64,000 nt of DNA from Betaproteobacteria bacterium (lineage in GTDB: Bacteria; Pseudomonadota; Gammaproteobacteria; Burkholderiales; Usitatibacteraceae): positions 459-64,458 of the forward strand of contig JAGRPO010000088.1 in NCBI GenBank assembly GCA_019449455.1, read 5' to 3'. Shown here piece after piece: positions 1 through 7,681 of the stretch (position 1 is its first letter; every line of letters begins with the position of its first letter). Both the position numbers and the translations under genes were made by a program. A model generated the notes under the pieces. The model was given only the letters and a program-made list of their open reading frames with translations. It had not been told where the DNA came from and did not search any database.

Positions 1-360
1 CGTCGGCGTCCAGACCTTGGTCGCATTGAAGACCTTCGCGGGACGCGCTTTCGGCACCAACTCGCCGAGGGCCGCCTCCGCGTAGCCGTACATGGGGGAA
101 GAGTCGAGGAGCGTTCCGCCGCCCGCGAAGAATTCGCGCAGCACCGCCAGGCGCGAATCGCGTTGGGGGCCGGGCGCCACGTCGAAGGTAAGCCACGTCC
201 CCATGCCGACGGCGGGGATCGTCTCGCCGGTGCCGGGGATCGCGCGCTCGAGGATGGCCGCGGGGGCCGACCGGACATCGCCTGGCAGGACGGCGGCACC
301 GGCCAGGGCGGCGAGGCTCTTCAGGGCGCTACGGCGGCCGGCGCGGCTTTCGGTGCTCAT
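1..360 (-). CDS. Aldo/keto reductase, Tat-exported (partial; C-terminal part lies beyond the left edge)
   Basis: Not in the ORF track because it runs off the window. Reverse translation from the ATG at 358-360 gives MSTESRAGRRSALKSLAALAGAAVLPG...IPAVGMGTWLTF...LLDSSPMYGYAEAALGE. This is a twin-arginine signal followed by N-terminal aldo/keto-reductase-like motifs. Confidence 0.7.
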   Translation of the reverse strand, partial: MSTESRAGRRSALKSLAALAGAAVLPGDVRSAPAAILERAIPGTGETIPAVGMGTWLTFDVAPGPQRDSRLAVLREFFAGGGTLLDSSPMYGYAEAALGELVPKARPAKVFNATKVWTPT

Positions 361-442
361 TGGGGTTCCCTCCAGCGACGCTCCTCAGTTTGCGCCCGTC
401 GGGGTAGGATTGAGCCACTCACAACGAGGAGGAGCAAGGAAA

Positions 443-922
443 ATGATCGACCATCCGGTGGGCGACATCCTGAAGGGCAAGACAAGCCCCACCCTGCTTT
501 CCGTGGCCGCCACGGCCACCGTTTCCGAGGCTGTCGCCCTGATGGACGAAAAGGGCCTGGGCTCGGTCCTCGTCCGCGACGCGGCCGGCGCCATGGCCGG
601 AATCTTCACCGAGCGCGACGTCATGCGCCGCGTGGTGCGCCAGGGACGCGATCCCAGGACCACGCCCATGTCCGCGGTCATGACCCCCGATGTCCGCAAG
701 GTGCCGTCCACGGAGTCGGTCCTCGAGGTCCTTCGCCTCATGGTCGAGCACGGGTATCGGCACATGCTGGTGGCCGACGGCGGCAAGCCCGTGGGCGTGG
801 TGTCGATCCGGGACCTCATGCGCTGGCTCATCCTGCCGGATGCCCCCATCGCCCATGAGGGGCGCCGGGGCGAGATCCGCACGCGCGCGCTGGACGCGGT
901 GGAGACCCTGAAGCAGAGCTAG
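443..922 (+). CDS. CBS-domain pair protein
   Basis: Internal ATG at 443 of ORF 92..922, preceded by GAGGAGG (427-433). The sequence MIDHPVGDILK...GIFTERDVMRRV...VGVVSIRDLMRWL shows two CBS repeats. Confidence 0.85.
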   Translation: MIDHPVGDILKGKTSPTLLSVAATATVSEAVALMDEKGLGSVLVRDAAGAMAGIFTERDVMRRVVRQGRDPRTTPMSAVMTPDVRKVPSTESVLEVLRLMVEHGYRHMLVADGGKPVGVVSIRDLMRWLILPDAPIAHEGRRGEIRTRALDAVETLKQS

Positions 923-2091
923 GCGACGGGCGGGCCCCCGTGCCCGACGTTGCCGTCGTCGTCGCACGCCACGCGGTTGCGTCCTTCGCGCTTGGCGCGC
1001 AGGAGGGCCTGGTCGGCTCGGTTGATGAGGCCCTCGAGCGCCACGTGATCCTGCGCGACGCCGAGGCTCGCGGTGATCGAGAGTTCCCCGCCCGGCGACG
1101 GCACGGGCGTGGCGGCGATCAAGGCGCGCAGCTTTTCGGCCACGTCCGCCGCGACCTCCAGCGGGGTGCCGGGAAGAAGGACCACGAACTCCTCGCCGCC
1201 CCAGCGGCAACACACGTCGGACTTGCGCAGGCTCGCCTGGATGAGCCGGGCGATGTGCCGGATCGAAACGTCGCCCGCGGCGTGGCCGTGCGTGTCGTTG
1301 ATCTGCTTGAAGTGATCCAGGTCGAGGACCACGGCGGCAACCGCGAGCCCGTTGCGGCGGCAATATTCGAAAGGGGCGTTCGCCAGGTCGAGGAAGGCGC
1401 GCCGGTTGGCGAGCCCCGTCAGCAGGTCGGTGCTCGCCATGCGCTCGGCATCTTCCTTCGCCAGGCGCAGCTGGTAGGTCATCTCGAGGTTCTGCCGCAA
1501 GGTGTCCGAGATCACCCGCGTCGCGCGCAATGACGACCCGAGGAAGAGAATCACGCCGCCGCCGATGATGAATGCGGGCCGCTCCCCGGTGGCGAGCAGC
1601 CAGATCGTCGCCGGAAGCAGGACCGCCGCGAGGGTGGCGATGACCAGCCACCGGATGGCGGAATATGCCGCGAGCGCCGCGCCGGCCATGCCGATGAGGA
1701 CGAAAAGGATCATCACCTGGTGGAGCAGCGACTCCCTGGGCATCATCCACGCGCACCCGAATCCCCAGATCGCCGACGAGACCAGAAGGGTGACGACGTA
1801 GGGGCGTTCCCAGGCCAGAAGAGCGTCCCCTGCGGGAGCCTTCGTGTAATAAGCGCGAAAGAGGGCGATGCGGACGAACGAGGCTGCGGCGAGAGCCGTA
1901 AGCCACAAGAGAATCGCGGAGTGATCCACGGCAGGCCACAACAGGAGCGAGAGCAGGGTGGCCGCGGCGAGGCTCAGGAATACCGCCGGATAGGAAGACT
2001 CGTAAAGCAGCCTGATGCGGTCGGCCCGCACGCGGCTGGCCCACACGCCCCCGGCGGGGGTTCGAACTTGCCCGACTTCCATGATCGCCAC
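919..2091 (-). CDS. Membrane-anchored diguanylate cyclase (GGDEF domain with I-site)
   Basis: ORF 919..2091. The N-terminal half is multi-TM. The C-terminus carries RKSDVCCRWGGEEF (an RxxD I-site five residues upstream of GGEEF). The start is uncertain: GTG at 2091 or ATG at 2082. Confidence 0.9.
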   Translation of the reverse strand: MAIMEVGQVRTPAGGVWASRVRADRIRLLYESSYPAVFLSLAAATLLSLLLWPAVDHSAILLWLTALAAASFVRIALFRAYYTKAPAGDALLAWERPYVVTLLVSSAIWGFGCAWMMPRESLLHQVMILFVLIGMAGAALAAYSAIRWLVIATLAAVLLPATIWLLATGERPAFIIGGGVILFLGSSLRATRVISDTLRQNLEMTYQLRLAKEDAERMASTDLLTGLANRRAFLDLANAPFEYCRRNGLAVAAVVLDLDHFKQINDTHGHAAGDVSIRHIARLIQASLRKSDVCCRWGGEEFVVLLPGTPLEVAADVAEKLRALIAATPVPSPGGELSITASLGVAQDHVALEGLINRADQALLRAKREGRNRVACDDDGNVGHGGPPVA

Positions 2092-2229
2092 GATTCCTGG
2101 TTGCTCCGTCTCCGGGACTCACGCCCGGGTCGCTTTTCACCTTGAGAACGGAAACTAGCAGGAAGTCGGGAGCTTTTGGCCCAATGGTTGCAGGTGTAAA
2201 GGGATGGGGCGGGTTTCCGGACGGGGATT

Positions 2230-2257
2230 TTGCCGGGCACGCGCCCTTTGCTATAAT
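2230..2257 (+). promoter_or_regulatory. Sigma70-type promoter for tRNA-Arg
   Basis: TTGCCG (2230-2235), a 16-nt spacer, then TATAAT (2252-2257), ending 10 nt upstream of the tRNA 5' end. Confidence 0.55.
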
Positions 2258-2267
2258 TGCCGACTTC

Positions 2268-2344
2268 GCGCCCGTAGCTCAGTTGGATAGAGTACCTGGC
2301 TACGAACCAGGGGGTCGTGGGTTCGAATCCTGCCGGGCGCGCCA
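2268..2344 (+). tRNA. tRNA-Arg (anticodon ACG)
   Basis: GCGCCCGTAGCTCAGTTGGATAGAGTACCTGGCTACGAACCAGGGGGTCGTGGGTTCGAATCCTGCCGGGCGCGCCA. It folds as a cloverleaf with a 7-bp acceptor stem, anticodon loop CTACGAA, a GGTTCGAATCC T-arm and an encoded CCA. It closely resembles the E. coli Arg-ACG tRNA. Confidence 0.95.
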
Positions 2345-2351
2345 GTTGTAT

Positions 2352-2391
2352 GAAGGGGCCAGTCGAGAGACTGGCCCCTTTTCATTTCGTC
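2352..2391 (+). repeat. Direct repeat copy A (40 nt; includes the tRNA terminator)
   Basis: GAAGGGGCCAGTCGAGAGACTGGCCCCTTTTCATTTCGTC matches 3429-3468 at 34 of 40 positions (hand alignment). Confidence 0.8.
2354..2387 (+). terminator. Rho-independent terminator of tRNA-Arg
   Basis: Perfect 11-bp stem AGGGGCCAGTC / GACTGGCCCCT with loop GAGA, followed by TTTTCATTT. Confidence 0.85.
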
Positions 2392-2558
2392 CGCCTTCGG
2401 GCGGAAGCGGGCTCCTGCGCGACGCGGGCCGCGGCCTTGGCGGTCCTTTTCCCCGCTGATTGACGCAACTCACGATGCGCGCGCGGTAAAAGGGGCAAGC
2501 TGGAATCGCTTTCGTTCCGGTGTTTGCCGAGATGGGTGGCGACGAGGGAGGGGTTTCC

Positions 2559-3368
2559 ATGAAGCGCCTGCGATCCGTACTGCGTTTCATCGTGGCCATG
2601 CTGGCGATGTGCGTGGTTCCAGTCCACGGGGCGACCTGGGAGGATGCGAACGGACCTCACTCGACGGTTGTCGTCGCCGGTGCTGGCCCCGGGGGCAGGT
2701 ACTACATCCATCGCCCCAAGGCGCTCGGGGCCAATGCCCACCCCATCGCGGTCCTGTGCGTCGGGACGGGGTCGAATCCGAGGAACTACGATGCCCTCCT
2801 GGCCCAGCTGGCGTCGCACGGCGTCGTCGCGATTGCCGACACGGATCCCTACCAGGCGGACGGGTCCAAGGCCAGCGCAGCCGTGAACTGGCTTCTCGAC
2901 CAGCACGAGACGGCAGGAAGCGAGTACCACCAGAAGCTCATCTCCTCCCGCGTGCTTGCCATCGGACATTCGTCGGGTGGAAACGGGGCGATGATGGCTG
3001 CCACAGGCAACCGGAGGATCACGAGCATTCTCCTGTACGCGCCCGCTCTGGACTCGGCAAGACCAGCCGACCTGTCCGTCCCCACCTTCTACATCTCGGG
3101 CTCGCTCGATGCGACGGCGACTCCCGAATACGTGAAGACCCGATACCAGGAAACGTCGAAGGCGAATGCCTGGTACGGAGAAAACAGGAACCAGGGCCAC
3201 GTCGGGTTCGCGAGAAACCCGTCCGTCCAGCGCGTCACGAGGGCATGGGTATACGCCCACCTCCTGGGCGACACGGGGGCGGCGAGAGGATGCTTCTACG
3301 GCCCCGGCTGGGCATTCGGAAACGCATCCGAGTGGAAAGAAGCGCTGAAGAACAACAATGCACGCTGA
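2559..3368 (+). CDS. Secreted alpha/beta hydrolase (dienelactone hydrolase / cutinase-polyesterase-like fold)
   Basis: ATG at 2559 follows GGGAGG. Signal peptide MKRLRSVLRFIVAMLAMCVVPVHG. Nucleophile elbow GHSSGG. Candidate Asp in SGSLDATA and candidate His in NQGHVGF. Confidence 0.8.
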   Translation: MKRLRSVLRFIVAMLAMCVVPVHGATWEDANGPHSTVVVAGAGPGGRYYIHRPKALGANAHPIAVLCVGTGSNPRNYDALLAQLASHGVVAIADTDPYQADGSKASAAVNWLLDQHETAGSEYHQKLISSRVLAIGHSSGGNGAMMAATGNRRITSILLYAPALDSARPADLSVPTFYISGSLDATATPEYVKTRYQETSKANAWYGENRNQGHVGFARNPSVQRVTRAWVYAHLLGDTGAARGCFYGPGWAFGNASEWKEALKNNNAR

Positions 3369-3428
3369 TGCCACGGATGCGGATGCCGGGCCGGCAAGCC
3401 CTTGCTTCGATCAGGTGATCGGCGCAGC

Positions 3429-3468
3429 GAAGGGGCCACTCGGGAGACCGGCCTCTTTTGACTTCGTC
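3429..3468 (+). repeat. Direct repeat copy B (degenerate copy of the tRNA terminator region)
   Basis: GAAGGGGCCACTCGGGAGACCGGCCTCTTTTGACTTCGTC. It retains a 7-bp stem (one G-T pair) plus TTTT, so it probably also terminates the hydrolase transcript. Confidence 0.7.
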
Positions 3469-3475
3469 GGGGACG

Positions 3476-3934
3476 TCATTCCCGGAACTGCACGGCCAGC
3501 ATCTCCGCCCTCGCGCACGCCTGGCCTGCCGCGCTGAGCGACAGCGACACCTGCACCTTGCGTCCCTCGATGCCCCGAAGCACGCCCCTGACCTCGAGTT
3601 CCACGCCGATCGGCGTCGGGCGCAGGAAGTCCACCTTCAGCGATGCCGTGACGAATCGCATGAACTCTCCGTCGTCGCCGATTTCCCGGCCCGCGGCCCG
3701 GTAGGCGAAGGCCGCCGCCGATGCCGTTCCATGGCAATCGAGAAGGGAGGCGACCATGCCTCCGAAGACATGGCCGGGCACGCCACCGCTGAACTCGGGG
3801 CGCACCGTGAACCGTGCAACGGTCTCCTCCGCGTCCCAGTAGCTCTTGAGGTGATGACCCTGGGGGTTGCTCTTTCCGCAACCGTAGCAGTGGCTGAATC
3901 TCTCCGGATAGCAGTCCTGGAACGCGGTGGGCAT
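3476..3934 (-). CDS. PaaI/hotdog-fold thioesterase
   Basis: Internal ATG at 3934 (GGGAG upstream) of ORF 3476..4060. Motifs HCYGCGKSNPQGHHL and GGMVASLLDCHG are typical of the PaaI family. Confidence 0.8.
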   Translation of the reverse strand: MPTAFQDCYPERFSHCYGCGKSNPQGHHLKSYWDAEETVARFTVRPEFSGGVPGHVFGGMVASLLDCHGTASAAAFAYRAAGREIGDDGEFMRFVTASLKVDFLRPTPIGVELEVRGVLRGIEGRKVQVSLSLSAAGQACARAEMLAVQFRE

Positions 3935-3954
3935 TTCGACTCCCGCCGGCCCGT

Positions 3955-4275
3955 TCACTCGACGAGGATCTGCTGCGTCGGGTTGTCGACGATCACGGGG
4001 GTCTCCATGTACACGACCTGCGGGGGCGCGCCGTACTTCTCCGTGACGAAGGCCCGCCACGCGTCGGTGTACAGGGCCTCGGCATCCTGCCGGGACCGCC
4101 AGAGATAGACGCCGCCGGCGGTCATGCCGTCTTCGGCGAGGACGTAGTACTTGCGGATCAACCCGGGCTGCGACTGGTAGCGCGGCGCCGTGCCCTGGAA
4201 GATGGACCTGGCCTCATCGACCGTCAGGGGCTTTGGCAGTCGGAACGTGGCGATGGCGGTGATCATCCCGTTCAT
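3955..4275 (-). CDS. YdhR-like putative monooxygenase (dimeric alpha-beta barrel)
   Basis: ORF 3955..4275. ...PGLIRKYYVLAEDGMTAGGVYLWRSRQDAEALY... resembles E. coli YdhR (GGIYLF...ALAYL). Confidence 0.65.
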   Translation of the reverse strand: MNGMITAIATFRLPKPLTVDEARSIFQGTAPRYQSQPGLIRKYYVLAEDGMTAGGVYLWRSRQDAEALYTDAWRAFVTEKYGAPPQVVYMETPVIVDNPTQQILVE

Positions 4276-4662
4276 CTACTTCGCGGTCTTCTTCACGGCC
4301 TTTTTCGCCGCCGGCTTGCGGGACTTCTTCGCAACCTTCTTCACGGCTTTCCTGGCCGCCTTCGCTTTCGGGGGCTGCTTTCCCGAAGCCGTCTTCAGGG
4401 CCTGCTTCGCGGCCTTCCGCACCGCGGCGACCGCGCCGCCCACCGTGTCCTTGACGGACTTGACGGCGCTCTTCGCCGCTTTCCTCACCTTCTTCTCCAT
4501 CGGGCCTTGCTCGGCCGCCGTCTCGGCTTTCGACTTGTGACGCATGTCGGCGGCGTGGGCACGCTTGTAGGACTGGATGTCCTTGAACTGCCCGCTCTCG
4601 TCACGGACGGCATACAGCTTGGTACCGGTTCGGCTTCTCATCGTGGTGCGACGCGTGGCCAT
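4276..4662 (-). CDS. Histone H1-like Lys/Ala-rich basic protein
   Basis: ATG at 4662 follows AGGAGAG. The N-terminal globular part is MATRRTTMRSRTGTKLYAVRDESGQFKDIQSYKR. It is followed by a low-complexity tail, KKVRKAAKSAVKSVK...KAKAARKAVKKVAKKSRKPAAKKAVKKTAK. The stop abuts the start of the downstream gene. Confidence 0.7.
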   Translation of the reverse strand: MATRRTTMRSRTGTKLYAVRDESGQFKDIQSYKRAHAADMRHKSKAETAAEQGPMEKKVRKAAKSAVKSVKDTVGGAVAAVRKAAKQALKTASGKQPPKAKAARKAVKKVAKKSRKPAAKKAVKKTAK

Positions 4663-4745
4663 GGTCTCTCCTTTGCGGGATCGGGGTTGCGGCGATACAT
4701 CCTGGCCCATCGCCCCGATGATAGCTTGGCGCGGTCCGCCCGTGA

Positions 4746-4780
4746 GGAGGTGTAACGGGGAGCCTCCTCGTTACACCTCC
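4746..4780. repeat. Perfect 12-bp inverted repeat (hairpin or operator candidate)
   Basis: GGAGGTGTAACG (4746-4757), an 11-nt spacer, then CGTTACACCTCC (4769-4780). It lies in the divergent intergenic region between 4662 and 4893. Confidence 0.6.
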
Positions 4781-4892
4781 CGCACACCACTCACGAGCTG
4801 ATTCCCGTGGCGTTGATGGCAGTCAACATGGCGTCCGCCCGTTGGGATAAACATGGAACTTCAGGGCGGATCTCCAACGAAGGGAGGCTGTC

Positions 4893-5363
4893 ATGTCCAT
4901 CGCCAATCGGTTGCAGGACTACATCGCAGACCGGAAACTCACCTGGGATCCCGTGTCGCACCAGCCGAGCAGCTCGTGCATGGAGGCGGCGCACCTCGCC
5001 CACGTATCCCCTGATCGCGTGGCCAAGGCGGTCGTGCTCGAGGGCAATGCCGGATACCTGATGGCCGTGATCCCGGCCAACCAGCACCTGGACGTGGACG
5101 ATCTCGGCGAGGCCATCGCGGACGATCTCGCGCTCGTGAGCGAAGGCAAGCTGAAGGAGCTGTTCGCGGACTGCCAGCCGGGAGCGGTTCCGCCGGTCGG
5201 CGCGGCCTACGGGATCAACACGCTCTGGGACGAAAGTCTCGGCGGCAGGGCGGATGTGTACTTCGAGGGGGGCGACCACCAGACCCTCGTGCATATGAAC
5301 GGGACCGACTTCGGGGCGTTGATGCGCAAGGCGGCCACACGGCTTCCGGATAGCTGCCACTGA
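4893..5363 (+). CDS. YbaK/EbsC-type aminoacyl-tRNA deacylase domain protein
   Basis: ORF 4893..5363 with GGGAGG upstream. ...KAVVLEGNAGYLMAVIPANQHLD...GAVPPVG... is typical of the YbaK/ProX editing-domain family. Confidence 0.75.
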   Translation: MSIANRLQDYIADRKLTWDPVSHQPSSSCMEAAHLAHVSPDRVAKAVVLEGNAGYLMAVIPANQHLDVDDLGEAIADDLALVSEGKLKELFADCQPGAVPPVGAAYGINTLWDESLGGRADVYFEGGDHQTLVHMNGTDFGALMRKAATRLPDSCH

Positions 5364-5480
5364 GATTGCCTTCGCGACGTCGAGTCGCGGGGGAAGCGGC
5401 GGACCGGGGACAGGGGAGTCCGATCCTGCCCGGACGAGCGGGTACACTTGGCCGACCCTGGTCAAGGTGGCCTCGCGACA

Positions 5481-6443
5481 ATGAACCCGATCCCCGCACT
5501 GCTGTTGGTCCTCGCCCTGGGCGGCTGCGCCACGGCCGATCACCTCGCCGCCCCTGAAGCGCCGGATCCGGGGCGCCTGCCGTCCGCCCAACGGGTGGTG
5601 AGCGTGCCAGGCCTTCGTCCCTGCAACGATGGCGCGGGAAGCATGCTGAACATCGACCCGCGCCAGGCGGTCAATGTCCTGGTGCATGGCTGCAACGGCT
5701 CCGCCGGCAAGTTCCTGTCGCTGGCCGAAGTGCTCGCCTTTCATGGTCAGCAGACCGTGTGCTTCTCCTACGACGACCGCGCGAGCCTCATGGTGAGTTC
5801 GGGCCAGCTGGCCAGTGCCGTCGACACGCTCGCGGAGAGCCTCGAGAAGCCGCAGGTCACGGTGATCGGCCACAGCATGGGAGGGCTCATCGCACGCAAG
5901 GCGCTCGTCGGAGACCGCGCGGACCCCATCCGCAACGCGCAGATCGACCTTCAGCTGGTGACGGTCTCGGCGCCGTTCTCCGGCATCGCCGCGGCGCGGG
6001 GGTGCGCCATTCCGGCGCTGCGTGCCGCATCCCTGGGCCTCAACGATCTCGCCTGCTGGCTCGTCAGCGGCGACAACTGGTACGAGATCACGTTTGCGTC
6101 GAGTTTCATCCGGCAGCCCGGCAGTCTCGCCCGGCAGGTTCGCCGCCACCTGAAAGTCGTCACCGACGAGCGTGGCACTTGCCGCCGTCGCGACGAAACC
6201 GGCCAGTGCATCGAGGGCGACTACATCTTCAGCCTTGCCGAGCAGCGTTACCCGCCGGTCACCAATGCCCCCGGAACCAGGGACGTCGAAGTGCCGGCCG
6301 GGCACGTGGAAATCGTCGGCGAAGCCGGTGTCACTCCCCGCAAGCTGATCGCGGTATTCCAGCGCGAAGGCATCGTCCGCGTCACGCCTCCGGAACGGCA
6401 GTCGGCGTTCCAGGATCTGCTGGCGCAGCTCTACGGGCGATGA
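5481..6443 (+). CDS. Lipoprotein alpha/beta hydrolase (lipase/esterase-like)
   Basis: Internal ATG at 5481. Lipobox LVLALGGC. Nucleophile elbow GHSMGG. Confidence 0.8.
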   Translation: MNPIPALLLVLALGGCATADHLAAPEAPDPGRLPSAQRVVSVPGLRPCNDGAGSMLNIDPRQAVNVLVHGCNGSAGKFLSLAEVLAFHGQQTVCFSYDDRASLMVSSGQLASAVDTLAESLEKPQVTVIGHSMGGLIARKALVGDRADPIRNAQIDLQLVTVSAPFSGIAAARGCAIPALRAASLGLNDLACWLVSGDNWYEITFASSFIRQPGSLARQVRRHLKVVTDERGTCRRRDETGQCIEGDYIFSLAEQRYPPVTNAPGTRDVEVPAGHVEIVGEAGVTPRKLIAVFQREGIVRVTPPERQSAFQDLLAQLYGR

Positions 6444-6503
6444 GCCGGCAGGCAGGCCCTCCGCCGGGTTGACGACGCCCGTATCCGGGATGTAGTGTCC
6501 GCC

Positions 6504-6519
6504 TAGACCGATCGGTCTA
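6504..6519. promoter_or_regulatory. Perfect 16-bp palindrome; candidate TetR operator
   Basis: TAGACCGATCGGTCTA lies 49 nt upstream of the cupin ATG. The TetR gene is second in the same gene string. Confidence 0.5.
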
Positions 6520-6567
6520 TTCGAGGCTTGCGGACCAACGAGGGCGTTACCAACAGGAGGCACCAAC

Positions 6568-6954
6568 ATGCGAGTGGCGAAAGACGACGTGGACGTCCGG
6601 ATGGAGATTCCCGGCGCGGTGATCCGCCAGAAAAAGGAATTCGGCGACGCGAGCGGGTTCGGCAAGATCAGCGGCGAGTATTTCACGCTCTCGGCGGGTG
6701 TCGATACCACCCCGCTCTTCCAGGGCCTGGAAGGCAACCTCTGCCAGTGCCCCCACTGGGGCTTCGTCCTGCGCGGCCGGATCACCACGACCGATGCGAA
6801 GGGCGCGCAGGAGACGGTGAACGTGAACGACCTGTTCTACTGGCCGCCCGGGCACAACGTCAGGGTGGACGCCGACGCGGAGATCGTCATGTTCAGCCCG
6901 CAGCACGAGCACAGCCATGTGATCGATCACATGATCGGGAAGGTGGGGGGCTAG
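6568..6954 (+). CDS. Cupin-domain protein
   Basis: ORF 6568..6954 with AGGAGG upstream. ...CPHWGFVLRGRIT...YWPPGHNVRV... is cupin-like. Confidence 0.7.
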   Translation: MRVAKDDVDVRMEIPGAVIRQKKEFGDASGFGKISGEYFTLSAGVDTTPLFQGLEGNLCQCPHWGFVLRGRITTTDAKGAQETVNVNDLFYWPPGHNVRVDADAEIVMFSPQHEHSHVIDHMIGKVGG

Positions 6955-6995
6955 GTTTGCGGGGAGCGGCGCGGCTCGCTTCCGGGGAACCCGCA

Positions 6996-7580
6996 ATGCA
7001 CCCGGTGCATTCAACCAAGCAGCGCCTGCTCGATGCGGGGATAGCCATGCTCCTGAAGCATGGCTACCACGACCTGGGCATCCAGGCGCTGCTCGAAGCC
7101 ACGCAGACTCCGAAGGGTTCTTTCTACCACCACTTCCGGGACAAGGAGGACTTCGCGCTCCAGGCCGTGGACCAGTACATGCAGCATGTGCATGCGGGCC
7201 TCGACGCCTGCCTGGAGGACACGGGACGTCCCCCGCTGGAGCGGATGCGCAAGTTCTTCGAGATGACGCAGCAGAGCTACCGGAGGGAGGGTTACATGGG
7301 TTGCCTTCTGGGTGGGCTCGGGCAGGAACTGTCAGGCGTAAGCGAGGTGTTTCGGCGAAAGATCGAGGAGTGCTTTTCCGTCATCGCCAGGCGCATGGCC
7401 GTCTGCCTCGAGGAGGCGCGAGACAGGGGCGACATACCGGCCGATTCCAATACGCGGCGCATGGCGAGCCTGCTGGTGGACTGCTGGGAAGGGGCGGCAC
7501 TTCGCAGCCGGCTGCGGGGAAATGCCACGCCCCTGACGGCGATGCTCGACTTCTACTTCCAGTCGGCCGCCAGTCGTTGA
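6996..7580 (+). CDS. TetR/AcrR family transcriptional regulator
   Basis: Internal ATG at 6996 of ORF 6528..7580. KQRLLDAGIAMLLKHGYHDLGIQALLEATQTPKGSFYHHFRDKE is a canonical TetR HTH. Confidence 0.9.
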   Translation: MHPVHSTKQRLLDAGIAMLLKHGYHDLGIQALLEATQTPKGSFYHHFRDKEDFALQAVDQYMQHVHAGLDACLEDTGRPPLERMRKFFEMTQQSYRREGYMGCLLGGLGQELSGVSEVFRRKIEECFSVIARRMAVCLEEARDRGDIPADSNTRRMASLLVDCWEGAALRSRLRGNATPLTAMLDFYFQSAASR

Positions 7581-7591
7581 GAGGCTGCCGC

Positions 7592-7628
7592 GGGCCCCGG
7601 CGCCGAATTCGAGTCGACGCCGGGGCCC
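7592..7628 (+). terminator. GC-rich hairpin after the TetR gene (terminator-like, no T-tract)
   Basis: GGGCCCCGGCG (7592-7602) pairs with CGCCGGGGCCC (7618-7628). Confidence 0.35.
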
Positions 7629-7681
7629 CGCCACCCGCCTGCGATACACTTGAAGCGTCGAGGTGCGCAGCGGGAAGTGCG

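Noticed and set aside
419-2140. 573-aa ORF on the minus strand, and other very long ORFs (e.g. 4791..6788, 8103..10142, 15508..17286, 26834..29584, 40727..44086, 41221..44358, 58350..60938)
   Set aside because: These are antisense or out-of-frame shadows of genes with clear family motifs. Their translations are Arg/Ala/Gly/Pro-rich low-complexity strings, typical of open non-coding frames in very GC-rich DNA. None shows a recognisable domain, signal peptide or RBS.
2268-4710. tRNA-Arg-associated genomic island with integrase
   Set aside because: No integrase, excisionase, transposase or phage gene is present downstream of the tRNA. I did not find a repeat of the tRNA 3' end itself. Only the 40-nt terminator-region duplication is reported as a finding.
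6528-7580. 350-aa ORF that would extend the TetR gene 156 codons upstream
   Set aside because: The upstream part overlaps the well-supported cupin gene (6568-6954) in another frame and is Arg/Gly-rich junk. The TetR HTH begins right after the internal ATG at 6996.
7601-7620. EcoRI-SalI (GAATTCGAGTCGAC) polylinker-like string suggesting cloning-vector contamination
   Set aside because: It forms the loop of a native-looking GC-rich hairpin after the TetR gene. No other vector-like sequence surrounds it. Chance occurrence of two hexamers is the simplest explanation.
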